NCBI GenBank assembly: GCA_964539455.1
Contig: CAZIIP010000001.1
Span: 104,521-151,310, forward strand
Reading direction: 5' to 3'
Length of the DNA: 46,790 nucleotides
Origin: an uncultured Rhodothermales bacterium
GTDB taxonomy: Bacteria; Bacteroidota; Rhodothermia; Rhodothermales; CAYLXM01
Within the stretch, counting starts at the first letter, position 1. Each line of letters begins with the position of its first letter. Made by a program: the position numbers and the translations under genes. Of the stretch, positions 19,727 through 29,253 are shown one piece after another. The notes below the pieces were generated by a model that saw only the letters and a list, made by a program, of their open reading frames with translations, did not search any database and was not told where the DNA came from.

Positions 19727-22282
19727 ATGGCTGAATTACCGGAGCAACGAATAATCCCCATCGACATATCCGATGAGATGCGGTCTGCATACATCGACTA
19801 TTCGATGTCGGTCATCGTCAGCCGTGCCTTGCCTGATGTGCGTGACGGTCTGAAGCCGGTACAACGCCGGGTATTGTACGGCATGAGTGACCTGGGTTTG
19901 ACGGCCGGCAGCTCGTTTCGCAAATGTGCCCGCGTTGTGGGAGATGTACTCGGCAAGTACCATCCTCACGGAGACTCCGCCGTGTACGACGCCATGGTTC
20001 GGATGGCGCAGGGTTTCAACCTGCGGTATCCGTTGGTAGACGGGCAGGGCAACTTCGGCTCGATTGACGGTGATTCCGCCGCGGCAATGCGGTATACGGA
20101 AGCCCGAATGGCACGGATTGCGCAGGAATTGCTGCGCGATATCAACAAAGAGACCGTCGATCAGGTGCCGAACTTCGACGAGTCGCTCGAGGAACCGATC
20201 GTCCTTCCTGCAGCGGTGCCGAACTTGTTGATGAACGGTGCAAGCGGTATCGCTGTCGGTATGGCCACGAACATACCGCCGCACAACCTGGGTGAAGTTA
20301 TCGACGGCGTACTGGCCTATATCGAGAACCCGGACCTCACAATTGAAGATCTGACCCAGTCGATTCCGGCTCCGGACTTCCCGACGGGTGGTACTATATA
20401 CGGGTATACGGGCATCCGGGAAGCATACCATACAGGACGCGGCCGCGTCGTGATGCGTGCCCGTATTCACGAAGAAGAGGTCCACGGCCGGCAGGCGCTG
20501 ATTATCACGGAAATTCCCTATCAGGTCAACAAGAGTAGTCTGATGGAGAAAATTGCGGGTTTGATCCGTGACAAGCGAATCGATGGTATCCACGATCTGC
20601 GGGACGAATCCGATCGAGACGGCATGCGGATCGTGGTCGAGCTGAAGCGGGATGCGATCCCGATGATCGTCCAGAACCAGCTGTACAAGTATTCACAGCT
20701 TCAGCAAACCTTCGGTGTGAACATGGTTGCGCTCGTGGACGGGCGACCGCGCCTTCTGAACCTGAAGGAGGTGATCGCGCACTATGTGAATCATCGCCAC
20801 AATGTGGTTACGCGCCGCACGACATTCGACCTCCGGAAGGCCGAGGAGCGCGCACACATACTCGCGGGCCTTGTCATTGCACTCGATCACCTCGACGCCG
20901 TCATATCGATCATCCGCTACTCGCCCGATGTTGAAACGGCGCAAAAGAACCTCGAAAACGGCGTCATACCATCTGAATTGTCTCCTGAAATGCGGCGGCG
21001 TTTCGAACTGCCGCTCGACGAGGGCTCGCTTTTCTCGCTATCGGAAATTCAGGCCAAGGCGATTCTCGATTTGCGCCTGGCCAGACTGACCGGCCTGGAA
21101 AGGGAGAAGATTGAAAAAGAATACCGGGACGTGCTTATCGAGATCGATCGTCTTAAGGAGATCCTTGCGCGCAGAGAGTTGCGGATGCAGATCATCCGGG
21201 ATGAACTGGTCGATATCAAAGAGCGGTACAACGACGACAGACGCACCAGGATCGATTACACCGGCGGCGACGAGATCAATCTTGAGGACCTTATAGAAGA
21301 TGAGTCCATGATTGTAACGATCAGCCACGAGGGGCTGATCAAGCGAACTCCTGTAGGCGAATACCGGGCCCAGGGCCGCGGCGGCAGGGGTCTCAGAGGT
21401 GCCAGCACGCGCGACGAGGACTATGTAGAGCAACTCTACCATTGTTCTGCGCATGATTATTTGCTCTTTTTTACGGACCGCGGAAAGTGCTACTGGCTTC
21501 GCGTCTTCCGCATTCCGGAGGGTGCGCGTACGGCCAAGGGGCGTTCCATACGCAACCTGATCCAGCTCCCGCAGGACGACTCCGTACGGACTGTCCTTGC
21601 CGTGAGCAAAAAAGATTTTGAAGATCCCGCATTTACAAACCGCCACTTCGTCGTGATGGCCTCCCAAAAAGGCCTGGTGAAAAAGACGGTACTCTCCGCT
21701 TTCAGCCGTCCGCGGGTAGACGGAATTATCGCAATTGCGGTAAACGATGACGACAAGTTGCTGCGCGCGGTACTTACCGACGGAAAGGCTGACATCATAC
21801 TGGCATCGTCGGAAGGTTTGGCGATTCGTTTTCACGAGACGGACGTGCGCGCCATGGGACGAAATACCCTCGGCGTGCGCGGTATGCGGCTACCGGAGTC
21901 GCATTATCTCATTGGGATGGTCGTGCAACACAAAGATGAGGAGTTTGACATACTGACAATCAGCAAGCACGGTGCAGGCAAACGTACGAGTATCTCCGAG
22001 TATCCGGTGCAGGCGCGGGGTGGTAAGGGTGTCATCACGCAAAAGACAACCGATCGGACGGGAAGTCTGGTGGGAATCCGCGGTGTGACCGAGGAAAACG
22101 ACCTGATGATTATCACCACCCATGGCATTATGATTCGCCTGTCCGTGTCAGGTATAAGTCGGTATGGGCGTAATACACAGGGTGTGCGCCTTATCAACCT
22201 CGGCAACGAGGATACCATCGCCGACGTTACGCTCGTCGCCACCGATGAAGAGGTAGAGGTGGAGAGAGAAATTCACGAGTAG
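19727..22282 (+). CDS. gyrA: DNA gyrase subunit A
   Basis: 851 aa. [30 protein letters not shown] (catalytic Tyr), GyrA-box AQGRGGRG, and a beta-pinwheel C-terminal domain. Confidence 0.97.
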   Translation: MAELPEQRIIPIDISDEMRSAYIDYSMSVIVSRALPDVRDGLKPVQRRVLYGMSDLGLTAGSSFRKCARVVGDVLGKYHPHGDSAVYDAMVRMAQGFNLRYPLVDGQGNFGSIDGDSAAAMRYTEARMARIAQELLRDINKETVDQVPNFDESLEEPIVLPAAVPNLLMNGASGIAVGMATNIPPHNLGEVIDGVLAYIENPDLTIEDLTQSIPAPDFPTGGTIYGYTGIREAYHTGRGRVVMRARIHEEEVHGRQALIITEIPYQVNKSSLMEKIAGLIRDKRIDGIHDLRDESDRDGMRIVVELKRDAIPMIVQNQLYKYSQLQQTFGVNMVALVDGRPRLLNLKEVIAHYVNHRHNVVTRRTTFDLRKAEERAHILAGLVIALDHLDAVISIIRYSPDVETAQKNLENGVIPSELSPEMRRRFELPLDEGSLFSLSEIQAKAILDLRLARLTGLEREKIEKEYRDVLIEIDRLKEILARRELRMQIIRDELVDIKERYNDDRRTRIDYTGGDEINLEDLIEDESMIVTISHEGLIKRTPVGEYRAQGRGGRGLRGASTRDEDYVEQLYHCSAHDYLLFFTDRGKCYWLRVFRIPEGARTAKGRSIRNLIQLPQDDSVRTVLAVSKKDFEDPAFTNRHFVVMASQKGLVKKTVLSAFSRPRVDGIIAIAVNDDDKLLRAVLTDGKADIILASSEGLAIRFHETDVRAMGRNTLGVRGMRLPESHYLIGMVVQHKDEEFDILTISKHGAGKRTSISEYPVQARGGKGVITQKTTDRTGSLVGIRGVTEENDLMIITTHGIMIRLSVSGISRYGRNTQGVRLINLGNEDTIADVTLVATDEEVEVEREIHE

Positions 22283-22379
22283 GTGCTGTCACGAGTAAGT
22301 GGTGTCACGCACCTGGCGTTGCATCACATTTCCGCAGCTTATGCACCGACGAACAAGTCCCTCGACACTTTCCGGCGCA

Positions 22380-25073
22380 TCAATGCGCCTCGAGCCAGTT
22401 CGGACCGACGTGAATGTCGACTTCCACGGGTACGTTCAGCGCGAGGGCTTCGATCATTCCGGTTCGCACCAACTCCTCCACCTCATCCACTTCAGCCGGC
22501 GGCAGTTCAAGTACTAGTTCATCATGCACCTGCAACAATAGTTGGGCCTCCAGGTCGTTTGCCTCGATTTCCCGGTGAATGCGAATCATTGCAAGCTTGA
22601 TCATGTCGGCCTGGGATCCCTGAATGGGCATGTTCACCGCAATTCGTTCGGCCGCCATTCGTTCCATGCGATTCCTGGCCTTGATGCGCGGCAGATAGCG
22701 CCGTCGCCCGAGCAGGGTTTCCGCAAAGCCATTCTCACGCGCCCTCTCCACCTGTCTGGAAAGGAACGACCATACACCGGGATAGAGCTTGCGGTGGGCA
22801 TCAATCAGGGATTCGGCTTCTTCCCGTGGGATGCGGAGACGTTGCGCCAAACCGAAAGCCGAAATGCCGTACGGGATACCATAGTTGACCTCCTTCGCTT
22901 TGCTGCGCTGCTCCCGCGTGACATCTTCAGGGGCAATATCGAATAAACGTGCGGCCGTTTCGCTGTGGATGTCTCTTCCTCCTTTGAATGCGCCAATCAG
23001 TGCCTCGTCCTCACTCATCGAGGCGAGAATTCGCAGTTCGATTTGCACATAGTCCGCCGACATCATCTTCCAGCCCTGCCGGGGAATAAACACTTTTCGC
23101 AGTTGTCGGCCCTGCTCGCGACGGACCGGGATGTTTTGCAGATTCGGGTTGGAAGACGAGAGTCTTCCGGTAGCCGTAACCGTCTGATTCAGTTGCGTAT
23201 GAATACGGTTGGTTTGCGGATCGACCAATTCACCCAGCGCATCTACATACGTGCTCTTCAACTTCGCTGCGCGACGCCAATCGAGAATCAGCCCGGGCAA
23301 TTCATGCTCGGTGGCCAATTCCTGAAGCACCGACTCACGAGTGGAAGGCTTTCCTGTTCCGGTTTTTGCCCTCACCGGCAAGCCCAGTTCGTCATAGAGC
23401 ACGTCGGCCAGTTGTTGGGGTGAGCCGATATTGAACGCTCGTCCGGCGGCACTGTAAATTTTTTCTTCGAGGTCATGCAGTAAACCCTGTAACTCTCCGC
23501 CGATCTCTTCCAGCACGTCCAGATCGAGCGTCACACCTCGCTTCTCCATGTCCGCCAGCACCTGGATCAACGGCCATTCAATGGTCGTCGCTACTTTTTC
23601 GAGATTGTGTTTGTCCAACTCTCTGATAAGGGGCTCTGCCAGTCTGCCGGCAATCTGCACACGGAGACTTGCATCACGCGCCAGATCCTCCGTGGCTACC
23701 GACCGTACGTCTACCTTCCTTTCGTCCGGTGGGGCATCAATCGACACGGACAGGTAGGCGTCGGCCAACAAGTCGAGGTCATGGCGTTGTTCCGGAGCAA
23801 GCAAATAGTGGGCAACCGTAATATCGATCGGCCGTGGTCGTTCCGTGAGCCCGGCCTCTTCGAGCGCCAGCATATCTTCCTTGGCCCGCCTGCTCACCAT
23901 CTCTTTGTCCCGCACCCAGGGACCCAGAACGGACAGCGCCTTCTTTGTTGATGTTCCATCCGGCAAGGGAAGCGGTACATAGGCGATGTCGCCCTGCATG
24001 CCCCACAAAGCTATTCCTGCAAGTGACCGATGAAGATCGACGGCCGACAACACCGTTTCCACGGCGAAACGCCGGCCGGCGCTCCACTCCCCTGTCCATT
24101 TTTCGAGCGCGTCGGTGGATCGGACAATGCAGTGTGGAGCGTAATCATTCGGGTTATGCGCCTCGCTTTTGGTCTTGAGCGCTTTCTCAATTCCCCGATC
24201 TGACCATACACGCTCCAATAGTGTGCGAAATTCGAGCCGCCGGAACGTCTCCTCAAGCTGCAGCCAATCCGGATCCTCCCGGTGGGCCATATCCCAATCC
24301 AGGATTATATCCACATTGGTAACCAGTGTGACCAGCTCTTTGCTCAGGCGTGCATTGTCGGCCTCTTTCTGCAGTCCTTCCCGTGCGCGCTTTCCCGAAA
24401 CGGTGTCCGACTTTTCAATAAGGGTTTCGACGTCTCCGTACTCGCGCACGAGTTTCAAGGCGGTCTTTTCCCCAATTCCCGTCACACCAGGAACGTTATC
24501 GACCTTGTCACCCATGAGTGCCTGCACATCAATAAACTGCTTTGGTTTCAATTCGAAGCGCTCGACAAATGCTTTATCATCGATTCTTTCGAAGCCCTCA
24601 CCGTTTTTTCTGGACGGTTTGAGCATAGATATATGGTTGTCGAGTAACTGTAAAAAGTCTTTATCTGCCGACACGATCACCGCATCATTTCCACTTTGTG
24701 CAGCCTGTGTAGCCAGTGTGGCAATCACATCATCGGCTTCGAATCCCTGGACCTCCAGAATCGGAATGCCCAGCTCCTCCAGGATTTCCTTAATAAACGG
24801 CAAATTCTCCGTCAGGCCTTCGGGAGGCGGTTCGCGATGTGCCTTATAGTCGTCAAACAAATCGTCCCTGAAAGTAGCCGCCTCCTCCCCCATGACATCG
24901 AACACGCATACGATATGTTCGATGTCGAATTCCTTGATCAGCCGCAGAAGCGTAGTTGTAAATCCGAAAGACGCGGACGTGTTTTGACCAGACGAAGTGA
25001 TTCTCGGTCGGTTGATAAAAGCAAAATGTGCTCGGTACGCGAGAGCGAGCGCGTCGAGAATGTATACGGTCAT
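22380..25073 (-). CDS. polA: DNA polymerase I
   Basis: 5'-3' exonuclease N-terminus (YILDALALAYRAHFAF), a 3'-5' exonuclease region, and family A polymerase motifs (DYVQIELRILA, QVHDELVLE). The start is set at the internal ATG 25073 (MTVYILD); the ORF extends to 25148. Confidence 0.96.
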   Translation of the reverse strand: MTVYILDALALAYRAHFAFINRPRITSSGQNTSASFGFTTTLLRLIKEFDIEHIVCVFDVMGEEAATFRDDLFDDYKAHREPPPEGLTENLPFIKEILEELGIPILEVQGFEADDVIATLATQAAQSGNDAVIVSADKDFLQLLDNHISMLKPSRKNGEGFERIDDKAFVERFELKPKQFIDVQALMGDKVDNVPGVTGIGEKTALKLVREYGDVETLIEKSDTVSGKRAREGLQKEADNARLSKELVTLVTNVDIILDWDMAHREDPDWLQLEETFRRLEFRTLLERVWSDRGIEKALKTKSEAHNPNDYAPHCIVRSTDALEKWTGEWSAGRRFAVETVLSAVDLHRSLAGIALWGMQGDIAYVPLPLPDGTSTKKALSVLGPWVRDKEMVSRRAKEDMLALEEAGLTERPRPIDITVAHYLLAPEQRHDLDLLADAYLSVSIDAPPDERKVDVRSVATEDLARDASLRVQIAGRLAEPLIRELDKHNLEKVATTIEWPLIQVLADMEKRGVTLDLDVLEEIGGELQGLLHDLEEKIYSAAGRAFNIGSPQQLADVLYDELGLPVRAKTGTGKPSTRESVLQELATEHELPGLILDWRRAAKLKSTYVDALGELVDPQTNRIHTQLNQTVTATGRLSSSNPNLQNIPVRREQGRQLRKVFIPRQGWKMMSADYVQIELRILASMSEDEALIGAFKGGRDIHSETAARLFDIAPEDVTREQRSKAKEVNYGIPYGISAFGLAQRLRIPREEAESLIDAHRKLYPGVWSFLSRQVERARENGFAETLLGRRRYLPRIKARNRMERMAAERIAVNMPIQGSQADMIKLAMIRIHREIEANDLEAQLLLQVHDELVLELPPAEVDEVEELVRTGMIEALALNVPVEVDIHVGPNWLEAH

Positions 25074-25166
25074 TTTCAATGCGTCACGATTTGGCGTCAA
25101 GTAGTCTTGCAAACCGCCGCCAAGCGGTATGCAAATCCACTTGTTCAATCCGGAAACGGAAAACCA

Positions 25167-25583
25167 CTAGAGTTTGAGTGCATCTACAATAAATGCACTC
25201 GTGTTGTCGAAACCCGCCTGGAGTGATTTAATCTTAAGCTTCTTCTTCTGATCGGGCGTGAGATGCAACGTCAACCGAACAATTTCCTGACCCGTTGTTT
25301 TCAAATAACCGGTAGACGTCTTCTTGTGGCCCTTTGGCGTCCTCTTACGAGGCGTAGATCTCTTTTTGCCGGCCGGTCGTTTTTTGTCGCCCCCTATTGG
25401 TGGTTTTCCTTCGTTTCGCTCCTTTTGCTCTTTCATCGTCTCCGGAAGTGCTGTTTCACCGTCACCCGTCTCGTTTCCAACTGCATCGCCACCACCCGGG
25501 ACCCGACCGGATACAGGCACCATGGTACGACCGGTTGCGGCTTCCAGTGCTTCCCGTACGCTTGCTCGTCTTCTTTTAGCCAT
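25167..25583 (-). CDS. ParG-like ribbon-helix-helix centromere-binding protein with long basic disordered N-terminal tail
   Basis: 138 aa. The C-terminal VRLTLHLTPDQKKKLKIKSLQAGFDNTSAFIVDALKL has a beta-strand/helix/helix pattern. The N-terminal ~95 aa are Gly/Lys/Pro/Arg-rich. Its start overlaps the parA stop by 8 nt. Confidence 0.65.
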   Translation of the reverse strand: MAKRRRASVREALEAATGRTMVPVSGRVPGGGDAVGNETGDGETALPETMKEQKERNEGKPPIGGDKKRPAGKKRSTPRKRTPKGHKKTSTGYLKTTGQEIVRLTLHLTPDQKKKLKIKSLQAGFDNTSAFIVDALKL

Positions 25584-26382
25584 CTTTCTCTGCCAGCCTG
25601 ATTAGCTCTTCAGCGACCGCCTTGTAGTCGGCCGCACCGTTTCCGTCAGGATCATATTCCAAAATCGTCTCCCCCACCGCGGGTGCCTCTCGAAAACGAA
25701 TCGACTTCCTTACCGGATGCGTCACTCTGTCGCCGTATCGCCCCTCCAGCACGCTCATCACATCGCGTGTAATTAACGTTTGCGATTCGCACATAGTCGG
25801 CAATAGCGCCAGAATACCCGGAGCCAGCCCCCTTGATTGCAAGGCATCTACGGATTCCTGCAACCGACCAAGACCATCCACATCCAGCATGCCCATTGCT
25901 ACCGGCACCACGATCCCACCCTTCCATCCAAACGACTTTAATTCCGTTGCCAGAACGAATGCATTCAGTGCAAGCGCGCCGAGATTTGGCGGACAATCAA
26001 TAATGATCACGTCTCTCTCCAGTGCCAAAAACTCTTTACCCCTGTCACCCAATCGGTATAGCCCGCCACTTAGATCATTTGCAGCATCCCTCTCCGCCTC
26101 AGCCAAACGGGACGTAGAAGCCACAACTGTAATATTCTCCTTCCCTCTTCCTTGCAGCTCCTCTACTACCGATTCGACCCGCGCCTTCTTGTCCATGTAC
26201 AGGGCTGCCGTCCCTCCTTCGCGCACACCGTTCATCCCAAGACTCTTTCCGATATGACCCTGCGGATCGTTGTCCAGTAACAGCACGCGCCGGCCTTTCC
26301 TCGCAAGCGCAGCACCGATTGACACGCACGATGTCGTCTTGCCGACACCCCCTTTCTGATTGGCAAATACAAATACAAACAT
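25576..26382 (-). CDS. parA: ParA-family partition ATPase (small, type Ib-like)
   Basis: Deviant Walker A NQKGGVGKTT right after the internal start at 26382 (MFVFVFANQKGGVGKTT), and Walker B VIIIDCPP. I saw no N-terminal HTH domain. Confidence 0.9.
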   Translation of the reverse strand: MFVFVFANQKGGVGKTTSCVSIGAALARKGRRVLLLDNDPQGHIGKSLGMNGVREGGTAALYMDKKARVESVVEELQGRGKENITVVASTSRLAEAERDAANDLSGGLYRLGDRGKEFLALERDVIIIDCPPNLGALALNAFVLATELKSFGWKGGIVVPVAMGMLDVDGLGRLQESVDALQSRGLAPGILALLPTMCESQTLITRDVMSVLEGRYGDRVTHPVRKSIRFREAPAVGETILEYDPDGNGAADYKAVAEELIRLAEKDG

Positions 26383-26445
26383 GCCTTTTCTTTCGGTACA
26401 ACCTCCTCTATTAGGTGCACAGATACGATCGGTACTACCGCTATT

Positions 26446-26656
26446 TACCACCATACCGATTATACCACCTATACCGCATAATACGCAAATTGACGCTTAT
26501 CTCCTCTACCACTCATAACCTTACTATTCATTATACCACTCTTATACCTATAACTATATCTACCCATGATACACATATAACTACGATGGTTCATACGATT
26601 CATACTATGAATAATAGCTATACATACTGTATGATCGGTAGTAGTACCCATACCAC
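26446..26656. repeat. Centromere-like/operator repeat region upstream of parA
   Basis: TACCAC hexamer occurs 5 times in direct orientation (26446, 26463, 26507, 26533, 26651), along with multiple (T/C)ATACC units and short dyads (TTCATACTATGAA, CATACTGTATG). The plus strand is strongly G-poor: I count 6 G in the 130 nt 26441-26570. Confidence 0.55.
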
Positions 26657-27258
26657 TACGACCATTAGCACCGAATCTCAATATCACGTGATTGGTTCTC
26701 ATTTCCGATTTAACGGAAGCGACCCTTGACATGGGTGGGAGGCTGCCTTTATTGCTTGTCGTTTGTTAGATCGAATCTCATGCATCTCTGTGCCCTGTTG
26801 TTCGTTGACATTGTCGATTCGAAGCCACTCCGTTACTTCTACTTTCACGTGTCTATTTACCAGGCCGATGCAAGACGTCTACAGGCCTGGTATGCACACT
26901 AACACATTCATACATTTCTTTCAGTTTCGCGGTGACGAACCGAGCTTGAATGATCAATGCAATCGGCGTGTATCCGAATGGAAGAACGCAGCCGACAGAA
27001 CAATCAAAAATGTCGAATGCATTCGGACCGATAAAACTGAATGTATGGAAGGTTTCTGTATTTCCTTCTGAGTTCTGAGAGGGAGGTGCATCGTGGCATT
27101 TCCGTGGTATCATCATGCGGGGAGCATATCCTATACGGTGACGACCGTTTGCGTTCAAGGCGCGTACCAGGAGGGGATCAGCATTACAGCCGAAACAGAA
27201 AGGAGTAGCAAAACCGGTTGTTCAACAAGTGGAAAAGAAACGACGACGACGAATGAAG

Positions 27259-27842
27259 GAACAGATATGTGGGGTAGTGTTTGTGTTTTTGTTTAATCAT
27301 GTTTAAAACCGTTTGGCGATTTGGTACACATTAGAATTAATAGATTTGCATTGGGTAAAGGCATAACGGTTTGGGGTGGTGGGCAAGTGTTTGTGGGGTG
27401 AAAGGCATAGAAATATGGGAGCAAAAGCACGGGTATGTGGGGAAAAAGCAAGGAAATGTGGGGTGCTCGCTTTCTGGTGAGATTCTTTAAATGATGAAAG
27501 AAGCATAGAGATGTGGGTGAATGCCATGTCTGGTTGTGTATTAAAAGCATAGAGATATGGGTGACTAAGGAGGTGGCCAACACTTTGGGCATAGAAATAT
27601 GGGTCATGTGTGTGTTTCTTCATGTTATCTTCATAAACATAGGGATGTGGGGCAGGAATGATCAATTTTTGCGGTTGAAAGGTATAGGTGCGTGGGGATT
27701 GTGTGCATAAACGGCTTCTGTCTCCACATTGAAGCATAGATGCGTGGGGAATCGTTGATGTGATGGCATAGAAACGTGGGGAGCGCATTTCATTTCCGAG
27801 TACCGTGCTGCACCACAAACACAAAGGCATAGAGATGTGGGG
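27259..27842 (+). repeat. Iteron array (14 direct 16-mers, consensus GCATAGARATGTGGGG) = plasmid-type origin
   Basis: Copies start at 27259, 27361, 27383, 27405, 27427, 27448, 27503, 27547, 27589, 27637, 27682, 27734, 27766 and 27827, all in the same orientation. Start-to-start spacings are 22, 22, 22, 21, 55, 44, 42, 48, 45, 52, 32 and 61. The array ends 73 bp before the rep start. Confidence 0.85.
27278..27350. other. AT/T-rich stretch inside the iteron region (possible DNA unwinding element)
   Basis: GTGTTTGTGTTTTTGTTTAATCATGTTTAAAACCGTTTGG...ATTAGAATTAATAGATTTGCATT, lying between the first and second iterons. Confidence 0.35.
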
Positions 27843-27914
27843 TGTTACTCCTGTGCCTAACGGCATATATTCGCGGCGAGCCGATTGAAATGATTAACCC
27901 GCAATTATACGGGC

Positions 27915-29207
27915 ATGTCTCTGCTAGTCGAGAACAGGCGCGAGCTTAAGAAGCACGTCGGTGCGGTGCACACGCATGGAAAGCTGACGTTGCTTCAACG
28001 AAAGGTGGCGAATATTCTTATTCTCAATGCTTACAATGAATTACCTACAAAGGATGAGTACCAGATAAGGATCAGGGATCTGGCAGAGATCGCGGGATTC
28101 GACAGCAAGAACATCAAGGTACTCAAGGATTCTTTGCGTGGACTCATGCGCATTGTTATAGAGTGGAATGTACTTGATGAGGCAGGAAAGGAGGAGTGGG
28201 GTGCCAGTCCTATGCTTGCCCAGGCGGTTATAAAGAAGGGCAGTTCACATTTCACCTATTCGATAAGTCCTGTGCTCAGACGGAGGTTATACTCCCCAGA
28301 AATCTATGCCCGAATCAACCTGAGCATCCAGCGACGATTCAGAAGCGGTTATGCGCTGGCACTGTATGAGAACTGTGTTCGTTTTCGCAATGTGGGTACT
28401 ACCGGATGGATAGATCTTGAGACGTGGAGGAAACTGCTCGGCGTAGAAGCCGAGCAATACGCAGCATTCAAGTCGTTTTCGCAGTGGGTGTTAAAGCCGG
28501 CCATCAAGGAGGTCAGCAAGCACTCCGATATCAAGGTTACGGTCGAATACAGGCGTAGGAAGCGCCGTGTGGTGGCCATGCGCTTTAAAATCTTGGACAA
28601 TCCGGCATTCGACGGGATTGATCGGAATGCTCTGCCGATCGCACAGAAGAAGAAGAAAGGCAACGGATCGGCCACGCTGGACATGTTTCAGCAGAGCAAT
28701 CCGCTTGCCCGCCGGCTTGGTACGTTTGGCTTGTCTGCCGTCCAGGTCAAGAGTGTGCTGGACGAGCACGATGAGTCGTACGTAAAGGAGAAACTTGATT
28801 TTGTGGAAAGCGAACTCAAGTCGGGAAGACTCATCAGGAACGTGCCGGGATTTACGCTAAAGGCGCTTGAAAAGGATTACCGGCCTCGGCAGGGCAATGT
28901 CTCGGTTGGAAAGAAAATCAAGGAAGGAGATGGTCGGGCGGCCCTCGACGCCAAGCGAATGAAACGGGCGGAGGAACGGTCACAAAGGCTGGAAGCGTTA
29001 TATGCCGGATTATCCGAGTGGGAGCGATCGAGAGTAGATGAGCGCGTGATCGCCAGGCTGCGCGAGGAAATCGGCGGTGTGGCCTGGAATGCCTATCGCA
29101 GAGCGAGTGAGGCAGGGGAGGGGGAGGATCAGATGCCTGTGATCGTCAGGGGCACTTTGCGCAGTCTCAGACTGGAAGTGGTCGAGCAAATGGAGACGGC
29201 GGTTTAA
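27915..29207 (+). CDS. Replication initiator protein (Rep_3/RepB-like, iteron-binding)
   Basis: 430 aa. The N-terminal two winged-helix-like segments are typical of Rep_3 initiators (LTLLQRKVANILILNAY...IRIRDLAEIAGF...LKDSLRGLM; FKSFSQWVLKPAIKEVSKHSDIKVTVEYRRRKRRVVAMRFKI). It sits immediately downstream of the iterons. Confidence 0.8.
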   Translation: MSLLVENRRELKKHVGAVHTHGKLTLLQRKVANILILNAYNELPTKDEYQIRIRDLAEIAGFDSKNIKVLKDSLRGLMRIVIEWNVLDEAGKEEWGASPMLAQAVIKKGSSHFTYSISPVLRRRLYSPEIYARINLSIQRRFRSGYALALYENCVRFRNVGTTGWIDLETWRKLLGVEAEQYAAFKSFSQWVLKPAIKEVSKHSDIKVTVEYRRRKRRVVAMRFKILDNPAFDGIDRNALPIAQKKKKGNGSATLDMFQQSNPLARRLGTFGLSAVQVKSVLDEHDESYVKEKLDFVESELKSGRLIRNVPGFTLKALEKDYRPRQGNVSVGKKIKEGDGRAALDAKRMKRAEERSQRLEALYAGLSEWERSRVDERVIARLREEIGGVAWNAYRRASEAGEGEDQMPVIVRGTLRSLRLEVVEQMETAV

Positions 29208-29209
29208 GC

Positions 29210-29253
29210 GGCAGGGCAAGTTGCCGGCCCGCACCGGCGGTGCAGTGCCTGCC
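29210..29253. terminator. GC-rich compound hairpin between convergent rep and CBM9-like genes
   Basis: Outer arms GGCAGG (29210-29215) / CCTGCC (29248-29253) and inner hairpin GCCGG-CCCGCA-CCGGC (29223-29238). There is no U-tract. Confidence 0.35.

Noticed and set aside
26415-26729. 104-aa plus-strand ORF (Tyr/Thr/His/Ile-rich)
   Set aside because: The low-complexity peptide is produced by the G-poor TACCAC/TATACC repeat field upstream of parA. There is no plausible protein fold or coding signal.
27259-27842. CRISPR array hypothesis for the 16-mer repeats
   Set aside because: The repeats are only 16 bp and degenerate, and the spacers are irregular and as short as 5-6 bp. There are no cas genes, and a Rep initiator gene follows directly. 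These are iterons, not CRISPR repeats.
27303-27866. 187-aa minus-strand ORF spanning the iteron region
   Set aside because: Its translation is a periodic readout of the iterons (recurrent PHISM, PYLYA and PYFYA-like peptides). It has no start context, and it covers exactly the repeat array, so it is an artefact of repeated stop-free DNA.
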